Shown piece by piece: positions 1 through 10,622 of a stretch of 64,000 bases of DNA. Position 1 is the first letter of the stretch; every line of letters begins with the position of its first letter. The stretch is from contig JAGCYY010000009.1 of the NCBI GenBank assembly GCA_017960565.1, forward strand, positions 70,874-134,873, read 5' to 3'. The position numbers were made by a program, and so were the translations under genes. Source of the stretch: a bacterium. Its GTDB lineage: Bacteria > Bacillota_I > Bacilli_A > Izemoplasmatales > UBA1188. The notes beneath the pieces are model-generated. The model worked only from the letters and a program-made list of their open reading frames with translations. It did not search any database and was not told where the DNA came from.

Positions 1-306
<306 letters not shown>

Positions 307-320
307 TTAATTATACACGA

Positions 321-352
321 AAAAGAAAAAAACCTCTATTTAAAAAGAGGTT
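321..352 (-). terminator. Rho-independent terminator downstream of yneF-like gene
   Basis: Hairpin aacctct/atttaaaa/agaggtt (331-352). On the minus strand it is followed by a T-run (plus-strand A-run 321-330). Confidence 0.7.
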
Positions 353-371
353 TTTATCTAAAAAATATTAA

Positions 372-596
372 TTATTTATCTTCTTTAGAATTATTCATTG
401 ATTGCATTATCTGACGTACTTGTTTTTCAGAAGGTGTTTTTCCCATTTGTCTGAATAACAAGCGTACTTGTTTTTCAGTAATAGGAGGATTTTCTTCTTG
501 ATATTTTTTAATATATCTCGAGATAAGTATGGCACCTAAAAGTCCGCCTACAATAAATGCTCCGATTCCAATTAATAAAACTCCCCACCAAGGCAT
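372..596 (-). CDS. yneF: UPF0154 (YneF) family small membrane protein
   Basis: 74 aa with one N-terminal TM segment, then YIKKYQEENPPITEKQVRLLFRQMGKTPSEKQVRQIMQSM, the YneF/UPF0154 family pattern. Confidence 0.85.
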   Translation of the reverse strand: MPWWGVLLIGIGAFIVGGLLGAILISRYIKKYQEENPPITEKQVRLLFRQMGKTPSEKQVRQIMQSMNNSKEDK

Positions 597-716
597 AAAT
601 TTTTCTCCTTTTATTTTCTAATAAATATATTACTATATTTAATGGTCTAATTCAAGTTTTTACTTTACAATATTTGATTTTTGATTTAAACTTAAAATAA
701 TCCTAGGAGGCAAAAT

Positions 717-884
717 ATGCCAAGAAAAATTACAGATGCATGCATCGCATGCGGAACTTGTCAAGCTAACTGTCCAGTTGGTTGCATCAGTGAAGGTGAT
801 ATTTATAAAATTGATCCAGATCAATGTATCGACTGCGGTGTTTGTCAAGATAATTGCCCTTGTCAATGTATTGAAGAAGAATAA
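717..884 (+). CDS. fdx: Clostridial-type 2x[4Fe-4S] ferredoxin (55 aa)
   Basis: Missed by the ORF track (<60 aa). AGGAGG at 705-710 lies 6 nt before the ATG. Translation: MPRKITDACIACGTCQANCPVGCISEGDIYKIDPDQCIDCGVCQDNCPCQCIEEE, with two CxxCxxCxxxCP cluster motifs. A hairpin terminator follows. Confidence 0.92.
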   Translation: MPRKITDACIACGTCQANCPVGCISEGDIYKIDPDQCIDCGVCQDNCPCQCIEEE

Positions 885-890
885 GGGAAT

Positions 891-916
891 AAAAAAACGA
901 GTTCACTCGTTTTTTT
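891..916. terminator. Bidirectional hairpin terminator between convergent ferredoxin and TrmH-family genes
   Basis: aaaaaaacgag/ttca/ctcgttttttt: a GC-containing stem flanked by an A-run and a T-run. Confidence 0.75.
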
Positions 917-1637
917 ATTTTTCTTGTTTGTTTAATTCATACATTAGAATGCTTCCTGCAATCGAGACATTCAACGATTCTATATTTTCCATTGGAATTG
1001 TCAAATTCACATCGGAACATTCTTGATATTCACGCCTTACTCCATGACCTTCATTTCCAAGAATTAAAACATAATTTGAACTTTTTAATTTGAAATTATC
1101 AAGCGATACGCCATTCATATTAGTGTTAATTATATAATAATTTTCTTGTTTTAAATCTAAGATTTTTTTATCGATAAAATTTAGATAAAATATCGCTCCT
1201 TGACTAGCTCTAATAGTCTTAGGGTTATATAAATCTGTACATTCATCAAGGACGATAGTATCAAAATTAAAAGCGACTGCACTTCTAAGTAAGGTTCCTA
1301 TATTTCCTGGATCTTGAAGACTGTCTAAATACAAGATTTTATTGCCACATTTCGATGTATTTTTCTTATTGACTAGTGCGATTATTCCTTCTGGAGTAAC
1401 TGTATCTGTGATCTTTTTTATGATGTCATAGGTAACTATTATTGCATCTTTATAAAGAGGTTCTTCTTTTATTGAAAATATTTTGTCGATAGAACCTGTT
1501 TTATATGCTTCATTAACTAAGTTATAACCCTCTACTATAAATTTAGATGATTCATCTCTTTCTTTTTTAGATGAATATATTTTTGTAAGGTATTTAATGA
1601 GAGGATTATCTTTGGAACTAATTTTCATAATCGCCAT
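915..1637 (-). CDS. TrmH/SpoU family RNA 2'-O-methyltransferase
   Basis: SpoU motifs LDSLQDPGNIGTLLRSA, LILGNEGHGV and IPMENIESLNVSIAGSILMYE. The ORF-track start (1673) overlaps the upstream gene by 56 nt. The in-frame ATG at 1637 (or 1628) is more plausible; the exact start is uncertain. Confidence 0.8.
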   Translation of the reverse strand: MAIMKISSKDNPLIKYLTKIYSSKKERDESSKFIVEGYNLVNEAYKTGSIDKIFSIKEEPLYKDAIIVTYDIIKKITDTVTPEGIIALVNKKNTSKCGNKILYLDSLQDPGNIGTLLRSAVAFNFDTIVLDECTDLYNPKTIRASQGAIFYLNFIDKKILDLKQENYYIINTNMNGVSLDNFKLKSSNYVLILGNEGHGVRREYQECSDVNLTIPMENIESLNVSIAGSILMYELNKQEK

Positions 1638-2208
1638 CTTTTTCATCAAGATATGTTGACATAGTATCGGCAATATATGTCAAAAGTACAATGTCATCAA
1701 TATGGAGAGCTTGTTCTAGAGATTGAGGATTTTGTCCTTTTACTCTTTGATCATATGGACCCATATGCCAATTGATTGCTAGTGCTTCTATATCAGTTAA
1801 TTTTATGAATTTATTGATTATATAAACACTTTTTTCACCATGTCCAAAAGGATATACTTCACTTATTTTATAATAGGGTTTAGTAATCCAAACACCACCT
1901 TCATTTACTTTTTTATAATCTTTTACATAGAAATTAATTTTGCATAAGTCATGAAGAAGACCGATTATTGCGATTGTTTCATCGGAATATTTATTATAGA
2001 GTCTGTCTTCATTATCGATCAATTTTTTAAGTCTATAATATACATTTATCGAATGATCACATAATCCGCCTTCGAAATCATTATGAAATCTACTTGAGGC
2101 TGGTGCTGTAAAGAAATCTGTAGATTGAAGATATTCTAGTAATTTATCAGCTCCATCCCTTTTGATATATTCACGATATATTTTAATAAATTCATCTTTA
2201 ACGCTCAT
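1618..2208 (-). CDS. HD-domain metal-dependent phosphohydrolase
   Basis: H...HD pattern: SSRFHNDFEGGLCDHSINV and GLLHDLCK, then GHGEKS. 196 aa. Confidence 0.7.
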   Translation of the reverse strand: MSVKDEFIKIYREYIKRDGADKLLEYLQSTDFFTAPASSRFHNDFEGGLCDHSINVYYRLKKLIDNEDRLYNKYSDETIAIIGLLHDLCKINFYVKDYKKVNEGGVWITKPYYKISEVYPFGHGEKSVYIINKFIKLTDIEALAINWHMGPYDQRVKGQNPQSLEQALHIDDIVLLTYIADTMSTYLDEKDGDYEN

Positions 2209-2218
2209 ATTTCCTCAC

Positions 2219-3886
2219 TTACATAATGCCATAAGGTAGGCCATTTTCATCGATTCCCATATGTTTTGCGACAGGGTCAATTGGAAGTCCAGGCATTGTG
2301 ATAATTTTGCCAGTATAGACTACAAGAAAGCCAGCGCCAAGAGAAAGACTCACGTCTTTTACATGAATAACGAAATCTTTTGGAGCACCAAGAACTTTTG
2401 CATCATCAGTTACAGAATTCTGGGTTTTAGCCATACATACTAAGAGATTTGAATATCCCATTTTCTTATATAATTCAAGTTTTTCTTTAGCTTTATCTGA
2501 AAATTCAACATCTTTAGCACCATATGCTTTATTTGATACCTTTTTGATTTTTGTGATTAGATCATCTTCTATTTCATAAAGATATCTCAATTTCATATCT
2601 TTATTCTTTTCCATAACTTCTAATACTTTATTCGCAAGGTTAATGCCTCCATTTCCACCATCTGTATGAATAGATGCTAGACTGTATGGATAATTCTTAG
2701 AATCTAGATAATCTTCAAGTGCTTTAATTTCTTTTCGAGTATCCGTATCAAATTTATTTATGGCAATTACGAATGGCTTATTGAAGTTTTTGATAGTTTC
2801 AACATGTCTTTCTAGATTATCAAGTCCTTTAATTAGTGCATCTACATTTTCTTCTTTTAGATTTTCAACTAAAACACCACCATGCATCTTAAGGGCTCTT
2901 ATTGTCGCAACAAGCACAACACATTTAGGATCGATTCCTGATACTCTTGCTTTGATATCTAAGAATTTTTCACAGCCAAGATCAGCACCAAATCCACCTT
3001 CAGTTACAACTATCTTAGATAATCTCATCGCATATTTTGTAGCCATAATTGAGTTACAACCATGAGCAATATTCGCAAATGGTCCACCATGAACGATTGC
3101 TGGACCACCTTCTACTGTTTGAACAAGATTAGGTTTGAAGGCATCTTTTAGTAATAATAATAAAGCACCTGTAATATTTAATTCTTTAAGTCTTACTTCT
3201 TTTCCATCTTTAGTATATGCAACTAAGATGTTATTGAGTCTATTTTCTAGATCTTTAAAATCATTCGCAAGACAGAATACAGCCATGATTTCTGAAGCAA
3301 CTGTGATAGAGAAAGAATCTTTTCTTTCGACACCATTGATTTTTGAACCTTGACCGATGGTGATATCTCTTAAAGTTCTATCATTTACATCTAAACATCT
3401 TTTCCAGACAACTCTCTCTGGATCGATATTTAGAGGTGAATTAAAATATATTTCATTATCAATTACAGCTGAAATAAGATTATTTGCGCTTGTTAGGGCA
3501 TGAAAATCACCAGTAAAATGGAAATTGATTTCATCCATTGGAAGAACTTGAGAATAACCGCCACCAGTTGCACCACCTTTTAGTCCCATTACTGGTCCAA
3601 GTGATGGTTCTCTTAAGGCTAAGCAAACATCTTTTTTTAGCTTTCTTAAGCCTTGTGCAAGACCGATAGATACTGTAGTTTTACCTTCTCCAGCTTTTGT
3701 CGGAGTTATTGCAGTAACTAAAACTACATCACCATTTTTGTTTTCTTTATTCATCACAGATTCATTTAATTTTGCTTTATATTTGCCATATAAATCATAA
3801 TCTTCTTCGCTTAAGCCAAGTTCAGATAATATTTCTGCAATCTTCCTTAATTTTGTCTCTTGTTGGACTTGTAAATCTGTCTTCAT
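2219..3886 (-). CDS. fhs: Formate--tetrahydrofolate ligase
   Basis: 555 aa. Motifs PTKAGEGKTTVSIGLAQGL, EPSLGPVMGLKGGATGGGYSQV and GGPFANIAHGCNS are characteristic of FTHFS. Confidence 0.95.
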   Translation of the reverse strand: MKTDLQVQQETKLRKIAEILSELGLSEEDYDLYGKYKAKLNESVMNKENKNGDVVLVTAITPTKAGEGKTTVSIGLAQGLRKLKKDVCLALREPSLGPVMGLKGGATGGGYSQVLPMDEINFHFTGDFHALTSANNLISAVIDNEIYFNSPLNIDPERVVWKRCLDVNDRTLRDITIGQGSKINGVERKDSFSITVASEIMAVFCLANDFKDLENRLNNILVAYTKDGKEVRLKELNITGALLLLLKDAFKPNLVQTVEGGPAIVHGGPFANIAHGCNSIMATKYAMRLSKIVVTEGGFGADLGCEKFLDIKARVSGIDPKCVVLVATIRALKMHGGVLVENLKEENVDALIKGLDNLERHVETIKNFNKPFVIAINKFDTDTRKEIKALEDYLDSKNYPYSLASIHTDGGNGGINLANKVLEVMEKNKDMKLRYLYEIEDDLITKIKKVSNKAYGAKDVEFSDKAKEKLELYKKMGYSNLLVCMAKTQNSVTDDAKVLGAPKDFVIHVKDVSLSLGAGFLVVYTGKIITMPGLPIDPVAKHMGIDENGLPYGIM

Positions 3887-4647
3887 TATTCGGTCATCTC
3901 CATTCTTATTTTTCTAATTATTTGATTGATTTGTTGTCTTAATTTCTCATAAGACATATTATATTCTATCGATAGATCTTCGATTGACATTGTTTCATTT
4001 CCATATAAACCAAAATGTTTTATCACCAATTCTTTTTCAAAAGGCGAAAGGGTATCTAGTGATAGTTCTAAAGTTTCTATTAGTTCATTATCATAAGATG
4101 AATCTTCACTTGTTTTAGAGACCATATTGACTAAATCAGAAACTAAATATTCATCAGTTAGATATTTATTATCTAAACCTAATGATGTAAGAGCATATGA
4201 TTTCATCTCATCATATTCACTCTTTTCAATATCAAGATGAAGACATACATCGATATTTTTTGGTTTTCTTTTTAAGATCCTTGGAAGTTTTTCTTCGGCA
4301 GATAGAATCTTATTTAAGGTGTTTGAAATATATTTTGGTATCTCATCTAATTCTTCTTGAGCTTTTAATAATTCTTTGATTTTAGAATTGATAGTTTTTA
4401 TTAAAAATTCTTCAAATGTGATATTCTTTTTTAGATTAAAATTATTGATAGCATCGATTAAAGCTAGAGATGATTCTTGAATGATATCTTCATAATCGAG
4501 AATGGAATTTTTATAATCATAAGCTATTTTTTTGATTGTAGGTAAAAATTCAAGAAGAATCTTTTCTTTAAGGGCATATATTTCATCTTCATTTTCTGTT
4601 GATCTAATGATTTTAATAATATCTATAATCTCGTTATTTGTGAGCAT
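3886..4647 (-). CDS. Divergent sigma-70 family (group-3-like) RNA polymerase sigma factor
   Basis: Region 2-like DYEDIIQESSLALIDAINNF. Region 4 HTH-like LSPFEKELVIKHFGLYGNETMSIEDLSIEYNMSYEKLRQQINQIIRKIR. The stop overlaps the fhs start (TAATG). Confidence 0.65.
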   Translation of the reverse strand: MLTNNEIIDIIKIIRSTENEDEIYALKEKILLEFLPTIKKIAYDYKNSILDYEDIIQESSLALIDAINNFNLKKNITFEEFLIKTINSKIKELLKAQEELDEIPKYISNTLNKILSAEEKLPRILKRKPKNIDVCLHLDIEKSEYDEMKSYALTSLGLDNKYLTDEYLVSDLVNMVSKTSEDSSYDNELIETLELSLDTLSPFEKELVIKHFGLYGNETMSIEDLSIEYNMSYEKLRQQINQIIRKIRMEMTE

Positions 4648-4649
4648 AT

Positions 4650-5408
4650 CTAATACCTCTTATATTGAATTACTCTAGTTTGAGATTTATAGATTTTAAA
4701 GCTTTTATCTAAAGACAATAAATCAGCTTCTATTACATCCATAAATAATGCTTCTATTTCATGACCTACATCTAATACATTGAGATTTAATCTCTTAGAT
4801 TCAATTGCTTTAGAATAACTTACATCACCAGTAATAAATAAATCTAAATCTTTTTCTTTTGCTTGATATATTCTAGATGCTCCAGATCCGCCTATAATTC
4901 CAACCTTTTTGACTTTTAAATCTTGAGCTCCATAATATTCACAAGATTCAAATTTTAGAATATTTTTAAGATCATTAATGAAATCTTGAATATTGACTGG
5001 TTCTATATCTCCATATACACCTAAATTTTCTTTTTCTGATAAGATTTCTTTATTTTTTATTCCTATCATATCCGCAAGATAATCATTCATCTTCACTTGA
5101 TCGAAATTGGTATGAAGACTATAATTTGAAATATCGTATTTGATTAGATCACGAACGATTGAACCAGGGTCTTTATCGGTATCTATAAGAGATAATGGAT
5201 AATAGAGAATCGGATGATGAGTGATAATTAAATCAACTTTTAAGTTTATTGCTTCATCCATAACATCTCTTGTGAGATCAAGGGCTAATAGGACAGTTTT
5301 AATATCTTTGGTAGTTCTGCCAACCATGAGGCCAACATTATCATATGATTGTTTTAAAGATTCAGGATAAAGATTATTTAATTTATTAATTATGTCTTTT
5401 AGAATCAT
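4650..5408 (-). CDS. Nif3-like dinuclear metal centre protein (YqfO family)
   Basis: YDNVGLMVGR, LIITHHP and GHEIEALF motifs. Conserved position after trmK, as in Bacillus yqfN-yqfO. Confidence 0.85.
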   Translation of the reverse strand: MILKDIINKLNNLYPESLKQSYDNVGLMVGRTTKDIKTVLLALDLTRDVMDEAINLKVDLIITHHPILYYPLSLIDTDKDPGSIVRDLIKYDISNYSLHTNFDQVKMNDYLADMIGIKNKEILSEKENLGVYGDIEPVNIQDFINDLKNILKFESCEYYGAQDLKVKKVGIIGGSGASRIYQAKEKDLDLFITGDVSYSKAIESKRLNLNVLDVGHEIEALFMDVIEADLLSLDKSFKIYKSQTRVIQYKRY

Positions 5409-6060
5409 AATTTAAGGCCTCCTTAAAAAGATTGATTTTATTTAATAGATTTGTTTTAGATTTAGCATCTTTTAAACTTGATTCTAGTTTTGAGATATTT
5501 TTATTAAGATATTCTTCGAAAACTGCAGTTTTTGATTTAAGAATGATAGGACCAAATGATAATTCAAGTTTAGAATATTCTATTTTCATACCTCTATGAA
5601 TAGCTTTGATTATTGGATAATAATGATCATTATCTTTGATGAATAATTCATCAACTATTTCATAATTATTGTCCATTAAGAATTTTCTTATTAAATCAGT
5701 ATTTTTTTGTGGTTCAAGAATAAGAACTGCATCTTTATTTAATTTATCGAATGAAAGGATATCAATCATCGTCTCACCACCCATCCCCGCAATCGTGATA
5801 TAGTCATAGGTATTAATCTCTAGAGTTTTTAAACCATCTGAAAGAACTGGAAAAATGAAATCATTATATCCATATTCCATAATATTCTTTTTAGCGTTTA
5901 ATAATGGCTTTGTCTTGTTGTCGATGGCATAAACGATTTTAGATAGACCTTTTTCTATTAAATATATTGGAAGAAGGGCATGATCGGAACCGACATCAAT
6001 TAAGATATTTGCATTTTCAACAAGAGAAGCTACAGCTTCAAGCCTTAAAGAGATTTGCAT
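5386..6060 (-). CDS. trmK: tRNA (adenine22-N1)-methyltransferase TrmK
   Basis: LIDVGSDHALLPIYL, AIDNKTKPL and IAGMGGETMIDIL. Lies directly downstream of rpoD, as in Bacillus. Confidence 0.85.
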   Translation of the reverse strand: MQISLRLEAVASLVENANILIDVGSDHALLPIYLIEKGLSKIVYAIDNKTKPLLNAKKNIMEYGYNDFIFPVLSDGLKTLEINTYDYITIAGMGGETMIDILSFDKLNKDAVLILEPQKNTDLIRKFLMDNNYEIVDELFIKDNDHYYPIIKAIHRGMKIEYSKLELSFGPIILKSKTAVFEEYLNKNISKLESSLKDAKSKTNLLNKINLFKEALNYDSKRHN

Positions 6061-6063
6061 TAA

Positions 6064-7491
6064 TTAAATGAAATCCCTTAATTTGTTAGATCTCGAAGGG
6101 TGTTTTAGTTTTCTAATAGCTTTAGCTTCTATTTGTCTAATTCTTTCTCTTGTAACACCGAACTCTTTACCGACTTCTTCGAGTGTTTTTGTTCTACCAT
6201 CGATTAAACCAAATCTTAGTTTTATTACTCTTTCTTCTCTATCAGAAAGGTTGTTTAAAAGAGCGTTTAATTCTCTTTTTAATGCTTCATTTGCAGTATA
6301 TTCTTCTGGATTTGGATTTACTTCATCTGGTACAAAATCACCGTATGATGAATCATCTTCTTCACCTACTGGATCTTCAAGCGATTTTGTTTTTTGTGAA
6401 ACACGTTTGATCATCATGAGTTTATCTACTGTGATGTCCATAGTAGCTGCGAGTTCTTCATATGTAGGTTTTCTACCTAGATCATGAGTTAATTCTCTTT
6501 CTTTTTTATTTAGTTTGTTTATTGTTTCATTCATATGAACAGGAATTCTGATTGTTCGAGCCTGATCGGCAATTGCACGAGTTATTGCTTGTTTAATCCA
6601 TCCTGTTGCATAAGTTGAGAATTTGTTTCCTCTTGTATAATCGAATTTTACGACAGCTTTAGAAAGGCCAATAGAACCTTCTTGTATAAGATCAGCAAAT
6701 TCCATATCCGGATTAGAGAAATGTTTCGCAATATTTACAACGAGTCTAAGGTTTGCTTCAGTTAAGATTTTCTTAGCTTGTTCGCCTTCTTCTTCACGTT
6801 TTTTCATATATGTTTCTTCTTCGAGAGTTGGGACAATGCCTTGATGTCTTTTTTCAAGATATTCTTCTTTTTCTCTTTGAGTATCATAGATGATTTTAGC
6901 TATTTCTTTTTCTTTTTCAGGAGTTAATAGACTGATTCTACCAATTTCTTTAAGATACATCTTTACTGGGTCACTAACGATAATTTTTTGGTTAGAATTA
7001 GCGGCTTGTGAATAGATAAGATCATCGAAATTATCATATTCTAAATTTTCATCGACATCTTTTGAATCTTCATAGAATATAGAATCATCTAATTGATCTA
7101 AATCTTGATCAGGTTCTTCTTCGAGTACTTCTTCATCTTGTTGATCTTCTTGATCTAAAATATCATCGACCAGATAATCAAGATTTTCATCATCTAATTC
7201 ATCATCTAGATCTTCTTCTTCATCATCAAAATTATTTGATAATGTCTCTTGCATTAATTGTTTAGGTTTTCTACCGCGTTTTTTAAGAGGCGCTGATGGC
7301 ATTATTACGTCATCTTCTGGAAGATCATTCATCGATCCAACAGATAATACTTGAATACCTTTTTCTTTAAAGATTTGAATTAATTCAATTCTGTCTTTAT
7401 CAGAATCAGCATAGTTTTTATTTAATTCATCTAGGGAAATATAACCTAGTTTTGTTGCTTTATCGAGAAGAGCTTGTTGTTTTTTGGTCAT
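6064..7491 (-). CDS. rpoD: Primary RNA polymerase sigma factor RpoD/SigA with a long acidic N-terminal tract
   Basis: Region 1.2 [16 protein letters not shown]. Region 2 [53 protein letters not shown]. Region 4.2 [30 protein letters not shown]. Confidence 0.97.
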   Translation of the reverse strand: MTKKQQALLDKATKLGYISLDELNKNYADSDKDRIELIQIFKEKGIQVLSVGSMNDLPEDDVIMPSAPLKKRGRKPKQLMQETLSNNFDDEEEDLDDELDDENLDYLVDDILDQEDQQDEEVLEEEPDQDLDQLDDSIFYEDSKDVDENLEYDNFDDLIYSQAANSNQKIIVSDPVKMYLKEIGRISLLTPEKEKEIAKIIYDTQREKEEYLEKRHQGIVPTLEEETYMKKREEEGEQAKKILTEANLRLVVNIAKHFSNPDMEFADLIQEGSIGLSKAVVKFDYTRGNKFSTYATGWIKQAITRAIADQARTIRIPVHMNETINKLNKKERELTHDLGRKPTYEELAATMDITVDKLMMIKRVSQKTKSLEDPVGEEDDSSYGDFVPDEVNPNPEEYTANEALKRELNALLNNLSDREERVIKLRFGLIDGRTKTLEEVGKEFGVTRERIRQIEAKAIRKLKHPSRSNKLRDFI

Positions 7492-9245
7492 TATTTTTTA
7501 TACTCCTTTTTTAGTTCCATGAGTTCTTTTGCAAGATCGATTGCTTCTTTGGAATTTAAATTATCACTCATCGCTAAGAGTTGTTGCTTCTTTATTTCAA
7601 TTATTTCTTTGATTTCTTCTTTTTTGATTGTTTTGATGATGTTTTTCTCAAGATCTTGAACAGAGAATTCAATTTTATTATTATATTTAAAATCTTTGTA
7701 TATTCCTCTTTGTTTTAGTTTGTTTATTAAATCATCTTCATTAATTAAATTGTTAGAATCATAGATATCACCGATTTCGATGAATAGTGTACGATAATTT
7801 AAATCTTTTAAGAATACTCTTGATCCAAATACATCTTCGATTGTTTCAAAATATGATTTGGAATTTATTGCATAATCAATAATCATATGTTCAGCTTTTT
7901 CGTAAGCTGTGACTATCTTAAATTTCTCATTTTGAGGATTAGTAGTTGTGAGCTTTTTTCTTTTTGGATTTAATCCTCTAGTAAATGTGCTAAAATCTTG
8001 GGAAATTGATTCATATGAGACTTTTAGATCTCCTGATAATCTTTTTAAATATGTCTCGAGGACAGATTGACTTTTTTCATTCTTGATCTTTTCAAATATA
8101 GAATTTTTAAATGATTCCATATTGAATGTATTGATGGTTGGATAATCTAGTTTTGTTAGTTCATAGAGATACCCTATCTTATCAAGACGTTTTTTAGTAA
8201 GTGCTTCTAAATATTTATCAATGCCTTTCTTTCTTATATATTCATCAGGATCTAGATTATTTTCTAAGATCGTTATTGAATAATTGATGCCAACTTCTTC
8301 AAGTCTATCTATTACAGATTTAACACCTTCTATTCCTGGTCTATCACCATCTAGACAGATAATTACATTGTTGGTATATTTTTTTATGAGTTCAGCTTGT
8401 TCATGAGTCATTGCTGTACCCATAAGAGCGATGGAGTTTTTAACACCTTTACTATAAGCTTGGATTACATCCATATATCCTTCATTAAGAATTAAATAAT
8501 TCTTTTCACGTAAGGTTCTAGATGCTCTGTCTAGATTGAAGACAGTTTTACCTTTTTCAAATATTGGTGTTTCTTTAGAGTTGGTATATTTGTTTAAAGA
8601 AGAGTCTTTATCTTTATAGATTCTTCCACCAAAAGCGATAGTTCTTCCTTGATCATCTCTAATTGGCACGATGATTCTATCTATGAAAGTATCTGCATCG
8701 CCATTTGATAAACCATTTATTACAATATCAGGGAGAATAAAGCCTTTGGATAATAATTGATTTGTGAGAGCGTTTTTATCGGATGGAGAAAGACCAATTC
8801 CAAATTCTTTTATTGTCTCAATAGTGATTCCTCGTTTTAAAAGATAATTTCGAGCTTCTTTAGAATAATCATCATTAGACATAAGGAATGTAAAGAATTT
8901 TTGAGACATTTCAAGAAGGTCATAATACCTTTTTGTCTTGTCATATTCTTGGTTAGAAAATTCTGATATATCGATATGGTATTCTTGAGCGAGCCATCTT
9001 GCAGCTTCAATCGATGAAATATGTTTAAATTTTTCAACAAATTTGATGGCATTGCCACCTTCTTTACAAGTAAAACAATGGAAAATGCCTTTTTCTCTTG
9101 AGACGCTCATCGAAGGATTGTTGTCATCATGAAATGGACAAATACCAAAGAGGTTTTTCCCCTTTGGTTCTAAGTCAACAAAGCTTGAAACTACATCGAC
9201 AATATTTACATTTTCTAGGACTTTCTCAAAAATGTTTTCGGCCAT
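7491..9245 (-). CDS. dnaG: DNA primase
   Basis: CHC2 zinc finger [30 protein letters not shown] motifs EGYMDV and DGDRPG. Upstream of rpoD. Confidence 0.95.
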   Translation of the reverse strand: MAENIFEKVLENVNIVDVVSSFVDLEPKGKNLFGICPFHDDNNPSMSVSREKGIFHCFTCKEGGNAIKFVEKFKHISSIEAARWLAQEYHIDISEFSNQEYDKTKRYYDLLEMSQKFFTFLMSNDDYSKEARNYLLKRGITIETIKEFGIGLSPSDKNALTNQLLSKGFILPDIVINGLSNGDADTFIDRIIVPIRDDQGRTIAFGGRIYKDKDSSLNKYTNSKETPIFEKGKTVFNLDRASRTLREKNYLILNEGYMDVIQAYSKGVKNSIALMGTAMTHEQAELIKKYTNNVIICLDGDRPGIEGVKSVIDRLEEVGINYSITILENNLDPDEYIRKKGIDKYLEALTKKRLDKIGYLYELTKLDYPTINTFNMESFKNSIFEKIKNEKSQSVLETYLKRLSGDLKVSYESISQDFSTFTRGLNPKRKKLTTTNPQNEKFKIVTAYEKAEHMIIDYAINSKSYFETIEDVFGSRVFLKDLNYRTLFIEIGDIYDSNNLINEDDLINKLKQRGIYKDFKYNNKIEFSVQDLEKNIIKTIKKEEIKEIIEIKKQQLLAMSDNLNSKEAIDLAKELMELKKEYKK

Positions 9246-10615
9246 TAAAATGATGTTTTCTCTCTTAAATAATCTTTCAAATCTTCTATTTTTATAATTT
9301 CTTGTGTCATTGTATCTCTATTTCTTACAGTGACAGTATTATTTTGTAGTGTATCATCATCGATTGTGATTGCGAAAGGTGTACCAATCGCATCAGCTCT
9401 TCTATATCTTTTACCGATTGCTTGAGTATCGTCATAAGAGACAATAAATTCAGTCTTTAAAAGATCGAATACTTCAGTTGCTTTAACGGAATGAGCTTTT
9501 TTAATTAATGGAAGTACTACTGCTTTATATGGTGCTAGATATGGATGAATATGAAGAACTTCCCTCGTATCACCATTTTCTAATGTTTCAATTTCATAAT
9601 TATTTAATAGGAATGAAAGGAATAATCTACCAAGACCGACAGATGGTTCAACAACGTATGGAATATATTTTTCATTTGTTTCTGGATCTAGATATTCAAG
9701 TGATTCATTAGAATATTCCATATGTTTAGAAAGATCATAGTTGGTTCTAGATGCAATACCCCATAGTTCATCAAATCCCCAAGGGAATTTGAAGAGGATA
9801 TCTGTAGTACCTTTAGAATAGAAAGCTAGTTTTTCTTTTGGATGATCATATAATTTAATATTTTCTTTAGAAATGCCAAGAGAATATAAGAAATTTTGAC
9901 AGAATTCTTTATAATATTCAAACCATTCTTCTTCAGTTCCAGGCTTACAGAAGAATTCCATTTCTAATTGGTCAAATTCTCTTACTCTAAAGAGGAAATT
10001 TCCTGGAGTTATTTCATTTCTAAAAGCTTTGCCTGCTTGTCCAACACCAAATGGTATTTTGAGTCTTAAAGCACGTTGGACATTCTTAAAATCAATATAG
10101 ATACCTTGACATGTTTCAGGACGTAGATATACTGTAGATTGTGAATCTTCGACTACACCTTGACTTGTCTTATACATAAGAGAGAATGTTCTTGCAGGAG
10201 TCCAATCTGATTTTCCACAAACTGGGCATTTGATTTCGTGCGATTTAATATATTCATCGATTTCTTCAAGTGCCATTCCATCGGCATCTATTTCGCCATT
10301 AGATGCTTTTTCAACAAGTTTGTCAGCTCTTTCACGGTTGTGACAGTATTTGCAGTCAACTTTAGGATCATTAAAAGATGATAAATGTCCTGATGCTTCC
10401 CATACTTTACTGTTTAGGATGATTGGCGAATCAAGCCTTACATTATATTTTGATTCATCAACAAATTTTTTAAACCAAGCTTTTTTGATATTTTCTGTAA
10501 GAAGTGCTCCAAGTGGGCCATAGTCCCAAGCATTCGCAAGACCTCCGTAGATTTCGCTTCCTGGAAATACAAATCCATATCGTTTTGCATAGCTTACTAA
10601 TTCTTCTAGTGTCAT
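9245..10615 (-). CDS. glyQS: Glycine--tRNA ligase (homodimeric GlyQS type)
   Basis: FPGSEIYGGLANAWDYGPLG, RPETCQGIY and GKAFRNEITPGNFLFRVREFDQLEMEFF (class II motifs). 456 aa. Confidence 0.95.
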   Translation of the reverse strand: MTLEELVSYAKRYGFVFPGSEIYGGLANAWDYGPLGALLTENIKKAWFKKFVDESKYNVRLDSPIILNSKVWEASGHLSSFNDPKVDCKYCHNRERADKLVEKASNGEIDADGMALEEIDEYIKSHEIKCPVCGKSDWTPARTFSLMYKTSQGVVEDSQSTVYLRPETCQGIYIDFKNVQRALRLKIPFGVGQAGKAFRNEITPGNFLFRVREFDQLEMEFFCKPGTEEEWFEYYKEFCQNFLYSLGISKENIKLYDHPKEKLAFYSKGTTDILFKFPWGFDELWGIASRTNYDLSKHMEYSNESLEYLDPETNEKYIPYVVEPSVGLGRLFLSFLLNNYEIETLENGDTREVLHIHPYLAPYKAVVLPLIKKAHSVKATEVFDLLKTEFIVSYDDTQAIGKRYRRADAIGTPFAITIDDDTLQNNTVTVRNRDTMTQEIIKIEDLKDYLREKTSF

Positions 10616-10622
10616 ATTCTCG

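Noticed and set aside
660-1026. Track ORFs 660-866 (-) and 736-1026 (+)
   Set aside because: Both overlap the well-supported 55-aa ferredoxin gene (717-884) and its terminator. Neither has an RBS or a recognisable product.
6068-6487. 139-aa plus-strand ORF antisense to rpoD. Similar long antisense ORFs occur at 2760-3065, 16490-16768, 23824-24111, 31021-31392, 36554-36844, 41378-41659, 48485-48775, 52813-53118 and 53748-54038
   Set aside because: Each lies entirely inside a strongly supported gene on the other strand. The products are Ser/Leu/Phe/Ile-rich, as expected from reverse-reading Lys/Glu/Asn-rich AT-biased genes. No RBS or motif is present. They are typical shadow ORFs.
9245-10622. 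Expected T-box leaders upstream of glyQS and argS
   Set aside because: glyQS starts 7 nt after recO, and argS has only ~80 nt before the preceding gene. There is no room for a ~200-nt T-box and no specifier/T-box sequence is visible.
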